Source: an uncultured Verrucomicrobiae bacterium
Lineage (GTDB): Bacteria > Verrucomicrobiota > Verrucomicrobiia > Palsa-1439
Direction of reading: 5' to 3'
Length of the DNA stretch: 64,000 bases
NCBI GenBank assembly: GCA_963812605.1
Contig: CAWEWF010000001.1
Coordinates: 288,001 to 352,000 of the forward strand
The stretch's first letter is position 1. Every line of letters starts with the position of its first letter. Shown here one piece after another: positions 9,968-19,140 of the stretch. Both the position numbers and the translations under genes were made by a program. The notes below the pieces were generated by a model. The model was not told the origin of the DNA and did not search any database. It saw only the letters and a program-made list of their open reading frames with translations.

Positions 9968-10400
9968 ATCCTTCGACAAACTCAAGATGACGAATTGGAG
10001 AATTAGGCGGGAGCCGAGCGGAATTCTCGCTTAGGGCGACTCTGTGCTCTTTGTGTAGGTTCTGTGGTAGACAGGCAAGACCCTTCGCTTCGCTCAGGGT
10101 GACAACTGAATCGGGGTAGATGGCCATGCCGATTTGGGAATCGAGGCAGCGCACCCACCCCTTTATCCCCTCCGAGGAGGGGAACTTGCCGGACCGGCGC
10201 CTCGACAGAGCGAGGCGACTACACCGAATGGCCGCACGTTTATCGTAAAGCGATATTTTGCTGGACAGGGTGCGGCGGGATGGGTATGATCAATGTGTGA
10301 ATTATGAATTGGAGTGCAGCGGCGGCAAACAGAACGGCGCCCCCTTCGGTCCGACGCAGGGCAGGTGCCGAGCGCCGCTACAGCGGACTGGCAACGGTGA
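9968..10400. repeat. Mosaic of REP-like short palindromic repeats
   Basis: ATCCTTCGACAAACTCAAGATGAC (9968), AGACCCTTCGCTTCGCTCAGGGTGACA (10078), CCCCTCC-GA-GGAGGGG hairpin (~10167), CGCCTCG-ACAGAG-CGAGGCG-ACTAC (GTAG-type on minus strand, ~10198). Confidence 0.6.
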
Positions 10401-10540
10401 CGACGTCAGGGGAGTAGAGGTCGTAAAAACATGTGTTTCTGCGAAACGAACCGGATTGGCCTACGCGAAATTACGAGTGGATGTGACAGCGCGGCAGGGA
10501 CTTATGGCGCGCGCGCGAATTTTTACAATCGGGTTCGTTT
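10241..10540 (+). repeat. Dispersed non-coding element, copy 1
   Basis: TATCGTAAAGCGATA, TGGACA-17-TATGAT, 28-bp core AAAAACATGTGTTTCTGCGAAACGAACC identical to 59118-59145, inverted arm at 10526-10540. Confidence 0.75.
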
Positions 10541-10752
10541 TTTTTGGATGTAAGACTCGGATGCGGACGAAGAAAGAATGCGAACGGGAGTCGCGACGGT
10601 GACGACCCTTCCGCATTCAACGGAGAGCGGACAGATTCAACAGGCGAGACGGCTGTTCAACGCGGGACGGGGTCAGGAACTTTGGCATTGCTTTGAAAAC
10701 AGACGGAGGCGCAGTATTCGGTTGCACAGCGACGAACCAAGTGAGGCGAATT

Positions 10753-11352
10753 ATGCAGAAGCGGATTATTGTCGGAATGCTGGCGATCATGACGTTGGTA
10801 CAGGGTTGTGGGTACAACCGCCTGGTCAGCCTGCAGCAAGAGGTGGATAAGCAGTGGGCGCAGGTGCAGAATGTGTATCAGCGCCGGGCGGACCTGATCC
10901 CGAACCTGGTCGCGACCGTGTCGGGTTCGGCGAATTTCGAGAAGTCGACGCTGGTGGCGATCACCGAAGCGCGCGCGTCGGTGGGCAAGATCGACGCGAG
11001 CCAGGTGGCGAACGATCCCGCCAAATTTGCCGAGTTCGAGAAGGCGCAGGGGGCACTGGGCAGCGCGCTTTCGCGATTGCTGGTGGTGGCGGAGAATTAT
11101 CCGCAGTTGAAATCGAGCGCGAACTTCCTGGAACTGCAGGCGCAATTGGAGGGCACGGAGAACCGCATTTCCGTCGAGCGCGGCCGGTACAATGACGTGG
11201 TGCAACAATACAACACGGCCATCAAGCGCTTCCCGACGATGATTTACGCGGGACATTTTGGATTCAAGGAGAAGCCATATTTCACGGCCACGGCCGGCGC
11301 GGAAGTTGCGCCCAAGGTTGATTTCGGTTCTCAGGGAACATCCGCGAAGTAA
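10753..11352 (+). CDS. lemA: LemA-family lipoprotein
   Basis: Lipobox-like VQGC-GYN, WAQVQNVYQRRADLIPNLV, ENYPQLKS, LEGTENRI. Confidence 0.93.
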   Translation: MQKRIIVGMLAIMTLVQGCGYNRLVSLQQEVDKQWAQVQNVYQRRADLIPNLVATVSGSANFEKSTLVAITEARASVGKIDASQVANDPAKFAEFEKAQGALGSALSRLLVVAENYPQLKSSANFLELQAQLEGTENRISVERGRYNDVVQQYNTAIKRFPTMIYAGHFGFKEKPYFTATAGAEVAPKVDFGSQGTSAK

Positions 11353-11364
11353 AGGCTGATCTTG

Positions 11365-12152
11365 ATGCGCATGAGATCGATCTTCCTCTTCGCGGCCCTG
11401 CTCCCCACGCTGGCCATGGCCGCCGAGGTCATTCCACCGGCGCCGGAGCAGTATTTCAACGATTACGCCCACGTCGTGTCGCCCGCGACAGCCAACGAAC
11501 TGAACCAAAAGCTCGAGCAGTTCGAACGCGACGCCTCCAGCCAGATCCTGGTCGTTATTTATCCCAAGATGCAATCGGATTCCTCGATTGAGGATTATAC
11601 CGTTCGCGTCGCGCAATCGTGGGGCATCGGGCGGAAGGAAAAAAATAACGGCGCGGTGCTGTTCGTATTCGTCCAGGACCGCAAAATGTACATCCAGGTT
11701 GGGTACGGACTGGAGGGGGCGCTGCCCGACGCGTTGGCGAAGCAGATCATTGATAACGAGATCACGCCGCACTTTCCGCGACGGCGATTTTGACGGCGGG
11801 TTGCGCGCGGGGGTGACGGCAATTCTTCAGGCAACAAAGGGTGAATACAAGGGTACGGGTCAAACGGTGGCGGACCAATTTGCGAAACATCGCACGCCGA
11901 TACCGTGGCCGTTGGTGATCTTCATTGCTTTCATGATTTCTGGGCTTATCGGACGGCTACTCATCGGCACATCGGGAGGAACAGTGTATTCGGGTGTCGG
12001 ACGAGCCGTCGCTTACGGCGCTTTGAGTGGAATGTGGAGCGGGGGCGGCGGCGGTTTCTCTTCGGGTGGCGGTGGCGGGGTTCAGGAGGCGGTGTGGATT
12101 TTCAGGAGGCGGGGGAAGTTTCGGCGGCGGTGGCGCCGGGGGAAGCTGGTGA
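11365..12152 (+). CDS. TPM-domain membrane protein with Gly-rich tail (frameshifts ~11775 and ~12090)
   Basis: Signal peptide, NDYAHVV, WGIGRKEKNNGAVL, IQVGYGLEGALPD, TM segment, GG(F/S)GGGGAGGSW end; canonical LemA-TPM-TPM order. Confidence 0.85.
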
Positions 12153-12156
12153 GGAG

Positions 12157-12559
12157 ATGAAGACGAAGGATTTATTCCGCGAACTGGATCACGAGCGGAT
12201 TACCGCAGCCATCCAAGAGGCGGAGAAACGCACGTCGGGTGAAATCCGCGTGTACGTGAGCCATCGCAAGGTCCGCGACCCGCGCCACGCGGCGGCGCAT
12301 CATTTCGTGAAGCTGGGCATGGATAAAACGAAGCAGCGCAATGCGGATCCTGATTTTCATCGCGCCGGAATCGCAGAATTTCGCGATCCTGGGAGACACG
12401 GCGGTGCACGCCCGTTGTGGCGAAGCATTTTGGGAAAGCATCGCCGGAGCCATGCGCGAGCTGTTTCGGCAGGGAAAATTCACCGAAGGAATCGTCCACG
12501 GAATCAACGCAGCCGGGAAGGTGCTCGCGCAACATTTTCCGGCGGACAAGGGCGGGTGA
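12157..12559 (+). CDS. TPM-domain protein (frameshift ~12345)
   Basis: AIQEAEKRTSGEIRV, LGMDKTKQRN, ILIFIAPESQNFAILGD, LAQHFP. Confidence 0.85.
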
Positions 12560-12574
12560 TCGTGCGTCAGGCAA

Positions 12575-15500
12575 TTATTGCATGAGTTGGATTTTGACCT
12601 TCTCGCCCGTGTTGTCCGTACCGTTAAGGTCCAGCGTTATTACTTTCCGGACATTGATTGAGCCAGACATTGTCACGGACTTGCCACCGATCGTGAGGTA
12701 GCCGTAGACCCGGTTATGCGAAGTCACCAGCAACTGCCCGGTCACGGTGTCCACGTCAGCGCTCGTCGCGATGTCGAAGACGGCAAAATCATTGGCGTTG
12801 GGACTGAGGACATAACTCACCGGTTGCGCCGTCGCCTTGGCGACTGTCACCGATCCCGTCCAGCCCCCGCTGAGATCATGGAAGGTGGCCGCGGCGGTAC
12901 CCTTCCAGTGATACGTGCCCAAGGTGGAGGTTGGCACAGTCCCGTTGACACTCTTGAGGCTTTTCACCGTCGCCAACAATGTGCCGCTCCAGTTTGTCGT
13001 GCCGGTGATTTGCTCGAGGAATGGTCCCGTCACCTGCCCCTTGGTGTTAAAGCTCCACCGGCCCGACACGTCGTTCAACCCAAATGTTTTGAGGCGAATC
13101 CCGAAGCCACTGGCGCTGAAGTCATCCTTGAAGGTCAGGAATTGAGCGCCTTTGTCCGCGCCGCTGATGGCGATTTCCCAATTACCCAAAGGCGAATTCC
13201 TGGCGCCGACAGTGATCGTGGTGGCCGCGGAGGTATTGGTCGCGCCGAGCGTGTCGGTGGCACGCGCCGTGATGACATGAATGCCGGGGGTGGGATTGAG
13301 GAGGAAGTTTGTCCCCGGGTTCGAGTTTGTCTCCCCGAGCTTTGTGCCGTCCTCGAAGAATTCGATCTTGCTGATGGCGGCGCCGTCGTTGGCGGTGGCG
13401 CTGGCGACAAGAGTGATCGTCAGGTTCGTAACCAGCGGGTACAACATGCTGTTTGCGGGACGTACGATGGTCACGGTTGGCGGGGTATTCCCGTTATTCG
13501 TTACGGTGATCAGGTTCGCCACATTGGTCGAGCTCGACCCGCCCGGGCCCGAAACCGTCAGAGCCACCGGATAGATGCCGGCATTGGAATATGTATGACT
13601 CGGACTGGCCAGCGCGCTTGTATTGCCGTCGCCAAAAGTCCACAAGTGGTTTGTGATCGAGCCGGCCGAGGCATCGGTGAAATTCACCAGCAGTGGCGTC
13701 GGACCATTCGTCGGATTGGCGATGAAGGCGGCCAGTGGGGCTCCGACCAGGTTGGTCACGGTAATATAATTCGCGAGCGTCAACACGTTCGATCCCAGCG
13801 GGCCCAAGACTGTCAAGCTGACCGAGAAGGTTCCGGCGGTGGCGTAGGAATAGCTTGGGCTGGTCAGCGTGCTTGTTCTGCCGTCGCCAAAGGCCCACAG
13901 GCGGCTGGTAACCGTGCCGCTGGAAGCGTCCACAAAGCTTACGAGCAACGTCGCCGCGCCGTTGGTCGGCGTGCCCGTGAAGCCGGCCACGGGAGGCGCA
14001 GGCAGGTTGGTCACCGTGATATAATTCGCACGAGGCAATATATTGGAACCGAGGGGGCCCAGTACGGTCAAGCTCACCGAGAAGGTTCCTGCATTGGTGT
14101 ACGAATGGGTCGGGCTAATCAGGGTGCTCGTGCCCCCATCGCCAAAGCTCCACACCCGGCTGGTAATGCTGCCACTGGAGGCATCGGTGAAATTCACCAG
14201 CAGCGGCGACATACCATTGGTCGGGTTGCCCGTGAAACCGGCCAAGGGAGCCACGTTGGTCACCGTAATATAGTTGGCGAGTAGCAGCGTGTTCGAGCCG
14301 AGCGGGCCCCGCACCGTCAAGCTGACCGAGAAAGTTCCCGCAGTAGTATAGGAATGGGTCGGATTGGCCAGGGCGCTGGTACCTCCGTCGCCAAAGGCCC
14401 ACAGGCGGCCGGTTACCGTGCCGCTGGAGGCGTCCGTGAAGTTTACCAGCAACGTCGCTACGCCGTTGGTCGGGGTTCCGGTGAACCCGGCGGTCGGCGG
14501 GACTGCGGCCGATCCGGTCACGGCATTGGTCGAGGCCCCGCCATTACTGGCGAACACAATCGAACCGGTAAACGCTCCTGTGGCCACCGGACTAAAGGTC
14601 GCGCTCACGAGGCCGGTCTGCCCCACATTCACGGCGAATGGACTGCCGCCAACCAGCGCAAAAGGCGCGCCCGACGCGGTCGCGGTGCCGTTGAGCGTCT
14701 GGAAACCGGTGTTGGCGATGGAAAACGTCTGCGTACCGCTCTGGCCGACCGGCAGTAATCCGAAGCCACGATTACCGGGGAAGACCACCAGATGCGGCGG
14801 ACCATTGGTGACGAGAATATAATTGACACGGGTGTTCGTGCTCACACCGGTCGGGCCCGTGACAATCAACGTGACCGTGTTCGTCCCGGCGGAATTGTAA
14901 GTGTGGGCCATGGTGGTATTCAGGGTATTCGTCGTCCCGCCATCTCCGAACGTCCAGGACCGGTTACTGATTGTGCCCGTCGAACTATCGGTGAACGTCA
15001 CGGTCAGCGGCGCCAACCCGGTCGTCGGCGATCCCGTGAAGCTCGCGGAGGGAGGCTGTGCGGGGATGATTGTGAAATTGGCGCTGGCCGTGGTACTACC
15101 CGCTCCGCTGCCCAGAAACGATCGAGCGTTAAGCGTGGCCGAGCTTGCCAGGGAAAATGGTCCAGAATAGAGAATGGAGCTTGTGGTCGGAGTGCTGTTA
15201 TCCAGCGTGTAATAAATAGCGGCGCCCGGTGTGGCATTGGTCAAGGTCACCAGAACTGAGTTGGTGAATGTGCCGCCGTTGGGCGAAATGCTCGGGGCCG
15301 TGACAAAGTTGCCAAACACCGACAGTCCCGTTTGCGTTCCGACATAGACCTTGCCGTTGGCAACGGTCGGCACGCTGAACTTGACTGCCGCGCCGAGAAC
15401 GTCCCGCGAACCGGCCTGGGTGCTGTTGTAAAGCTCCTGGGAAACATCCGCGGCATTGAAAGCATGTAGAATGGACGGTCCGCCGGTGTCGAAGGCGTCC

Positions 15501-16906
15501 GACTGGATCGCCCAGACGATCCCGTCAGTCGTGCCATTGGCCGAAATGCTGGGTGTAGCGCCGGGGAAGCCAAAAATTGTGGATCCCTGCGATGACGGAG
15601 ATGACCCGATGGAGGCGCCAGTGATGGTGAACGCCTTGATCACGTCATTGACGCCAAGGTAATACACCGTGTTGTTGAAGTACGCAGGCGTGGCGAACGT
15701 CCCCCCAAGGGCGTTCGAAACCCCAATCGCGCCCACAAGCGATTGCACAATCTGCGAGTCGTCCGTGGGATTGAATTGGCCCATGTTGTCCCGGTCGACC
15801 AGGTAGATGGTGCCCTCTTTGCCGGCGCTGACCACCAAATGCGGATGCGCCATGCTGCCCACCTCGTCGGGCAGCACGACGACGCCACCCGAGGAGAGAT
15901 CCTCGTCGTTATCGAACAAATCCTGTTGGTCGTGGGGCGTGAAGTAATCGGCCACGTGCAGCGAATTGCCGGGGGGAAACTTAAGGAGCGAGTCGCCGTA
16001 ATTGTTGGTGGTCGAATCGAATGTGCCATTGCCGGTGGATAGATACACATTCCCGCTGGTGTCGCAGGCGGGTCCGCAACCGTCCTCCCAAATGCCGGCC
16101 ATTTGGCCATTCGGCGTTGAATTGAAAATTCCCTTTGCCGCCAGCGTCTGGGCATTGAATGTAAATAACCAGCCATGGTAGAAGTCGTTGTCGCAATGTG
16201 ACCCGAGCCCTACATACACGAGCCCATTGTTCAACAGCAGGGCCATGCGGTTGTGCTGTAGAAATGAAGCAAAAGTCACATTGCCGAAATTGTCGGCATC
16301 GTAACCGGTTCCCGGAACGACTCCCTGGATTGTCACGGGTCCGCCGAGTTTTTCCGCGCCCGTTGCCACGTCCAATGCATGGAGCCGATGCACGTAATTC
16401 GTCACGCCACTCACAACCTCGGCTGTCTTGGCCACGAGGTAAATTGTGCCGCCGACGGGGTCAATGACGGGAGTGCTGGTGATGCCGATTTCGGGAACGA
16501 GATCAGTGCACTGGATGTTGTCGCTGGAAACGGAGGTAATCCCCGCGGATGGGTTGATGAAACTGACCTGCCAGAGCAGCCCTCCATTTGCGCCAGTGTT
16601 GCTGTCGGCGTCAAACGCGTACAAGGTGTCATGTTCCGTGCCGACATATAAAACATTGTGCACGCCGTTGCCCGGGATGCTGACGTTGGGCAGGACCAGT
16701 GGTTGAGCGTACACGTATCCATCAGCGGGATAGGTAAAAAGGAGGCCGAAGTTGCTGCTATTGACGCTGGCCAGCGTCAGGACGGTCTCGTTGGTGTTCC
16801 GACCTGTGCGGGCTATATCGTTATGATAGGTCAGCACACTAATGGGAGCCGCCGAAGTGACGGTTGCCATTAGCGCACACAACAGTAAGACTACGAGGCG
16901 CTTCAT
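12575..16906 (-). CDS. Large secreted protein: PQQ-like beta-propeller domain + Fn3-like module + five PKD domains + Ig-like domains
   Basis: Signal peptide; VLTYHNDIARTG, YAQPL, GITSTPVID, DYFTP, VKFSVPTVANGKVYVGT; ISPNGGTF..IYYTLD; five WxFGDG PKD repeats; PPTVTIVRP Ig-like domain. Confidence 0.85.
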   Translation of the reverse strand: MKRLVVLLLCALMATVTSAAPISVLTYHNDIARTGRNTNETVLTLASVNSSNFGLLFTYPADGYVYAQPLVLPNVSIPGNGVHNVLYVGTEHDTLYAFDADSNTGANGGLLWQVSFINPSAGITSVSSDNIQCTDLVPEIGITSTPVIDPVGGTIYLVAKTAEVVSGVTNYVHRLHALDVATGAEKLGGPVTIQGVVPGTGYDADNFGNVTFASFLQHNRMALLLNNGLVYVGLGSHCDNDFYHGWLFTFNAQTLAAKGIFNSTPNGQMAGIWEDGCGPACDTSGNVYLSTGNGTFDSTTNNYGDSLLKFPPGNSLHVADYFTPHDQQDLFDNDEDLSSGGVVVLPDEVGSMAHPHLVVSAGKEGTIYLVDRDNMGQFNPTDDSQIVQSLVGAIGVSNALGGTFATPAYFNNTVYYLGVNDVIKAFTITGASIGSSPSSQGSTIFGFPGATPSISANGTTDGIVWAIQSDAFDTGGPSILHAFNAADVSQELYNSTQAGSRDVLGAAVKFSVPTVANGKVYVGTQTGLSVFGNFVTAPSISPNGGTFTNSVLVTLTNATPGAAIYYTLDNSTPTTSSILYSGPFSLASSATLNARSFLGSGAGSTTASANFTIIPAQPPSASFTGSPTTGLAPLTVTFTDSSTGTISNRSWTFGDGGTTNTLNTTMAHTYNSAGTNTVTLIVTGPTGVSTNTRVNYILVTNGPPHLVVFPGNRGFGLLPVGQSGTQTFSIANTGFQTLNGTATASGAPFALVGGSPFAVNVGQTGLVSATFSPVATGAFTGSIVFASNGGASTNAVTGSAAVPPTAGFTGTPTNGVATLLVNFTDASSGTVTGRLWAFGDGGTSALANPTHSYTTAGTFSVSLTVRGPLGSNTLLLANYITVTNVAPLAGFTGNPTNGMSPLLVNFTDASSGSITSRVWSFGDGGTSTLISPTHSYTNAGTFSVSLTVLGPLGSNILPRANYITVTNLPAPPVAGFTGTPTNGAATLLVSFVDASSGTVTSRLWAFGDGRTSTLTSPSYSYATAGTFSVSLTVLGPLGSNVLTLANYITVTNLVGAPLAAFIANPTNGPTPLLVNFTDASAGSITNHLWTFGDGNTSALASPSHTYSNAGIYPVALTVSGPGGSSSTNVANLITVTNNGNTPPTVTIVRPANSMLYPLVTNLTITLVASATANDGAAISKIEFFEDGTKLGETNSNPGTNFLLNPTPGIHVITARATDTLGATNTSAATTITVGARNSPLGNWEIAISGADKGAQFLTFKDDFSASGFGIRLKTFGLNDVSGRWSFNTKGQVTGPFLEQITGTTNWSGTLLATVKSLKSVNGTVPTSTLGTYHWKGTAAATFHDLSGGWTGSVTVAKATAQPVSYVLSPNANDFAVFDIATSADVDTVTGQLLVTSHNRVYGYLTIGGKSVTMSGSINVRKVITLDLNGTDNTGEKVKIQLMQ
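13490..14510 (-). repeat. Four tandem intragenic PKD-coding repeats (~255 bp unit)
   Basis: Repeated AxFxxxPTNG..LLV(N/S)F(T/V)DAS...W.FGDG...V.GP.GS...ITVTN, with DNA-level similarity. Confidence 0.85.
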
Positions 16907-17162
16907 CAGCAGGCACTAAAGATTTGTTTCCTCAGGGAAACCGCGTCCTGGTTGTTTCCAAATGGCGTCAAGACCATAAGACTACTATTATACACAAGAG
17001 AACGGCCGGATGCCAGAAAATGCTTTCCTGTAGTTCGCCGCTCAAACCCTGTATTTTGTTGCCTTGCAGGCCATCTACTGGAATGCCTGCCAGGGCGTCC
17101 GGGGAGCCGCGACCGCGCAATTTTTGATGTTCTCGTTCCGTGGAAACAGCTAAACTGGTGCC

Positions 17163-18083
17163 ATGCGGATCATTCTTTTGGGCACGGCGGCCGGCGGCGG
17201 GTTGCCCCAGTGGAACTGCAATTGTCCGAATTGCCGGGAGGCGCGAGCCGGCTCCGCACGGATTGCGCCGCGCACACAATCGTCCGTCGCCGTCAGTGCC
17301 GATGGCCAAGCCTGGTTCTTGTTGAATGCCTCGCCGGACTTGCGGGCGCAGCTTGAGAGTGCTCCTTGTTTGCATCCCCCCCTGAAAGCGGCGCGTGGCA
17401 CGAGAATCGAGGCGGTGCTTTTGACGAATGCGGACCTGGATCACACGCTCGGGCTGCTATTGATGCGCGAAGGCGGAAGAATCCGTGTTCACGCCACGTC
17501 TCAGGTTCGCGGGGCGTTGACTCGGGGCATTTCAATCACGTCCACCCTCAAATCCTTTGGCGGGATCGAATGGATAAGGCCGCCGCGCAAGCTTTCACCG
17601 TTACTCTCTCGGGATGGCTCAAAAAGCGGGCTGCAGTACCAGGCCGTCAACGTGGTTGGCAGGCCGCCGCGGTTTATGAAAGGCCGCCACTCGAACGGGT
17701 TCGGGCACAGTGTTGGCTACCGTATTATGGACGAGAAATCCGGAGGACGACTGCTTTTTCTGCCGGATGTCGCTGTCTTGGACGGGCAGACCATCAGTGC
17801 GTTGTCGGATTGCAACGTCCTGCTGTTTGACGGAACTTTCTGGTCCGAGAATGAAATGCGACAATTGCGTGTTGGCAGCCTGTCCGCGAAGCGAATGGGC
17901 CATATACCCATCGGGGGTCGGCAGGGGAGCTTGAAACGACTCGCCCCATTGCCAATTAGTCGTAAAATCTACACGCACATCAACAACACGAACCCGATAC
18001 TTCAAGGAGGCTCCCCGGAGAGTGCCGCTGTTCGCGCTGCCGGCGTGGAAGTCGGGCGAGACGGAATGGAGATGGTGATTTGA
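17163..18083 (+). CDS. pqqB: PQQ biosynthesis protein B
   Basis: LGTAAGGGLPQWNCNCPNC, RTQSS, NASPD, FDGTFW, MGH, HINNTNP. Confidence 0.95.
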   Translation: MRIILLGTAAGGGLPQWNCNCPNCREARAGSARIAPRTQSSVAVSADGQAWFLLNASPDLRAQLESAPCLHPPLKAARGTRIEAVLLTNADLDHTLGLLLMREGGRIRVHATSQVRGALTRGISITSTLKSFGGIEWIRPPRKLSPLLSRDGSKSGLQYQAVNVVGRPPRFMKGRHSNGFGHSVGYRIMDEKSGGRLLFLPDVAVLDGQTISALSDCNVLLFDGTFWSENEMRQLRVGSLSAKRMGHIPIGGRQGSLKRLAPLPISRKIYTHINNTNPILQGGSPESAAVRAAGVEVGRDGMEMVI

Positions 18084-18784
18084 GCTCGGAGATCAAATTG
18101 TGGGACAAGGAAACATTTCTGGCGCGACTGCGGGATGTGGGGACCAAACAGTATCATCACCAGCATCCGTTCCATGTCCGGATGAACGCGGGCCAACTCG
18201 CCCCGGACGCCATTCGCGGCTGGGTCGCCAATCGCTTTTATTACCAACGCAATCTTCCCCGCAAAGACGCGGCGATCATTTCCAATTGTCCGATTCGCGA
18301 AGTGCGACGGATTTGGCTGCATCGAATCAGCGACCACGATGGCTCCACTCCGGGAACGGGGGGTATCGAAGCCTGGTTGAAACTCGCGGATGCGTGCGGA
18401 ATGTCGCGGGAAGAGATCCTGAACGAGCGTCATGTTCTGCCGGGTGTTCGTTTTGCTGTGGATGCTTATGTGAACTTTGCCCGCGGCAAGCCGTGGCCCA
18501 TCGCCGTGGCCTCATCGCTGACGGAACTGTTCGCGCCCGACCTCATGGCCGAGCGGCTGGCGGCCTTCCAAAAACATTACACATGGGTCCAGCCCGGGGG
18601 CTTTGATTACTTTCGCGGCCGGGTGGTCCAGGCGCGCGTCGATTCCGACGAGGGTCTGCAATTAACTCTGCAGTATTGCGATACCCCGGCGCTGCAGGAA
18701 GAAGCGGTGCGGGCATTATCGTTCAAATGTGATGTCCTCTGGACCATTCTCGATGCCATCCAGGCGGCCTACACGCCTTCCTGA
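18080..18784 (+). CDS. pqqC: PQQ synthase
   Basis: YHHQHPFH, WVANRFYYQ, KDAAI, RISDHDG, SSLTELFAP, FKCDVLW. Confidence 0.96.
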   Translation: MSSEIKLWDKETFLARLRDVGTKQYHHQHPFHVRMNAGQLAPDAIRGWVANRFYYQRNLPRKDAAIISNCPIREVRRIWLHRISDHDGSTPGTGGIEAWLKLADACGMSREEILNERHVLPGVRFAVDAYVNFARGKPWPIAVASSLTELFAPDLMAERLAAFQKHYTWVQPGGFDYFRGRVVQARVDSDEGLQLTLQYCDTPALQEEAVRALSFKCDVLWTILDAIQAAYTPS

Positions 18785-18855
18785 TGCTCGGGTGCGCCCC
18801 GCCACCGCTTGGTTGATTTGGACGGAAACACGGCTTACACTTGCCGCGCGTGGTT

Positions 18856-19140
18856 ATGTCGCCGATATTGCCAGGGGAGCGCCCCAAGTTGTCCTCGCGA
18901 ACTCGCCTTCAAAAAGACAAGGTGACGGGCAAACCCGTCCTGCTCTATCCGGAAGGGATTCTGATTCTGAACCCGACTGCGCATGCGATTGCGACCCATT
19001 GCACGGGGGAAGAGACCCTCGAAGAAATTGTTACCAAACTGGCGACGCAATACGGTGCAGCGCCCGAAGACCTGCGTAGCGATGTCACCGCCTGCCTCGA
19101 TCGCTTTCGGACGCTCAATCTTCTGGAAGTGTTGGCATGA
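18856..19140 (+). CDS. pqqD: PqqA-binding chaperone (RRE)
   Basis: VLLYPEGILILNPTA; between pqqC and pqqE, ATGA overlap with pqqE. Confidence 0.92.
   Translation: MSPILPGERPKLSSRTRLQKDKVTGKPVLLYPEGILILNPTAHAIATHCTGEETLEEIVTKLATQYGAAPEDLRSDVTACLDRFRTLNLLEVLA

Noticed and set aside
9903-10602. Small ORFs 9903..10154 and 10258..10602 as genes
   Set aside because: They are translations of REP-like repeats and the dispersed element (VTLSEAKG, KTCVSAKRT), with no coding signals.
12716-14284. Long antisense ORFs (also 40159..41820, 42951..44243, 60741..62441, 62448..63800)
   Set aside because: Shadow ORFs opposite well-supported genes, expected in GC-rich DNA; no recognisable motifs.
13490-14510. 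CRISPR array or DGR template/variable repeat
   Set aside because: Repeats are in-frame ~85-aa PKD domains; no spacers, cas genes or reverse transcriptase.
16907-17162. pqqA in its usual position upstream of pqqB
   Set aside because: No short ORF with a WxxP leader and ExxxY seen here; the peptide is at 20259-20354.
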